Source: Heptranchias perlo
Lineage: Eukaryota
DNA length: 64,000 bases
Direction: 5' to 3'
Assembly: GCF_035084215.1 (NCBI RefSeq)
Contig: NC_090325.1
Coordinates: 132,308,001-132,372,000 of the forward strand
In this document: positions 63,359-64,000 of the stretch, piece by piece
How positions within the stretch are numbered: position 1 is the first letter of the stretch
Layout of the letters: each line of letters starts with the position of its first letter
Notes under the pieces: model-generated
Seen by the model: only the letters and a program-made list of their open reading frames with translations
Database searches by the model: none
What the model was told of the DNA's origin: nothing
Translations under genes and position numbers: made by a program

Positions 63359-63985
63359 TGTATGTTGCAAATTAGTCATTGTAACTCTAAGAATATAGTT
63401 TAAAACAAGCATGGTCAAGTATCCCATCTCGCATAGCATCCAGACAAGAGAGCAATGCTGGGGAGTGGGGGGGAGGCAGGGGGCGAAGTCCCGTCTCTGT
63501 GTTTGAAGCAAAACAGAACACACAAGACCATGAGATACAGATAAGAAGAGCCTACCCATTCCTAAGAGGAACAAACAGCTTGTAAACAGAGATGGAGGTC
63601 AAGGTGACTAGTTACGTTATGCAAATCAACTCATCTTAAGTTGCTAATGTGGTGTCAGCCTGGCAGGATAATGAACAACCAGGAGATAAGGATAGAAATG
63701 CTTATGTGAAGAACAAAGCAGCCAAATAGTATAAAGATAGGGCATGCTCCGTCCCAAAAGTTAGAGCTCTCGGGACAGTTGGAAGTCGATAGTGAAGAGG
63801 CAGCTTACAGAGGTCGAGTCTGATCAATCTTAAGTCCGCGGGAACCAGATTGTATTAATTGCTTGTCATTTAATATAATCTGAAGGCAGTTGTATTATAA
63901 TACTGTTGTAAGTCAATATTAAAACTTCTTGTTGAATAATCACTCGGGCCCGAATCACGCGGAAGTTATTGTTGAAGGACTAACA
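63359..63985 (+). mobile_element. Probable solo LTR
   Basis: TGT...ACA ends; flanks ACCCA/ACCCT; TATAAA at ~63730; ATTAAA at ~63918; CpG-containing. Confidence 0.55.
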
Positions 63986-64000
63986 ACCCTTTGTTGTGAC

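Overview
Eukaryotic, repeat-dense intergenic or intronic DNA, most likely from a cartilaginous fish (shark). This is inferred from SacSINE1/DeuSINE-type SINEs and shark-type CR1 LINEs with octamer tails. I could not support any host-gene exon. Contents: (i) one near-full-length CR1 LINE (39568-43489) with an esterase-type ORF1 and an uninterrupted EN+RT ORF2, plus about 7 decayed CR1 fragments; (ii) a second LINE family (RT fragment 7801-9103 and three 3'-end fragments); (iii) two complete but decayed PIF/Harbinger transposons (DDE transposase plus spliced Myb/SANT gene, TIRs, 3-bp TSDs), older Harbinger remnants and several Harbinger-type MITEs; (iv) a Penelope-like element in an inverted arrangement flanked by a TSD, and several Penelope pLTR pieces with minimal hammerhead ribozyme motifs; (v) SINEs, a hAT remnant and a probable solo LTR. 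Best leads: a U_UUA_AAC slippery heptamer at the CR1 ORF1/ORF2 junction with an AUG-less ORF2 (candidate -1 ribosomal frameshift), intact minimal hammerheads, and an unexplained ancient tandem duplication with conserved motif blocks at 36.2-37.2 kb. All alignments were done by eye. Boundaries not fixed by a TSD or TIR are approximate.
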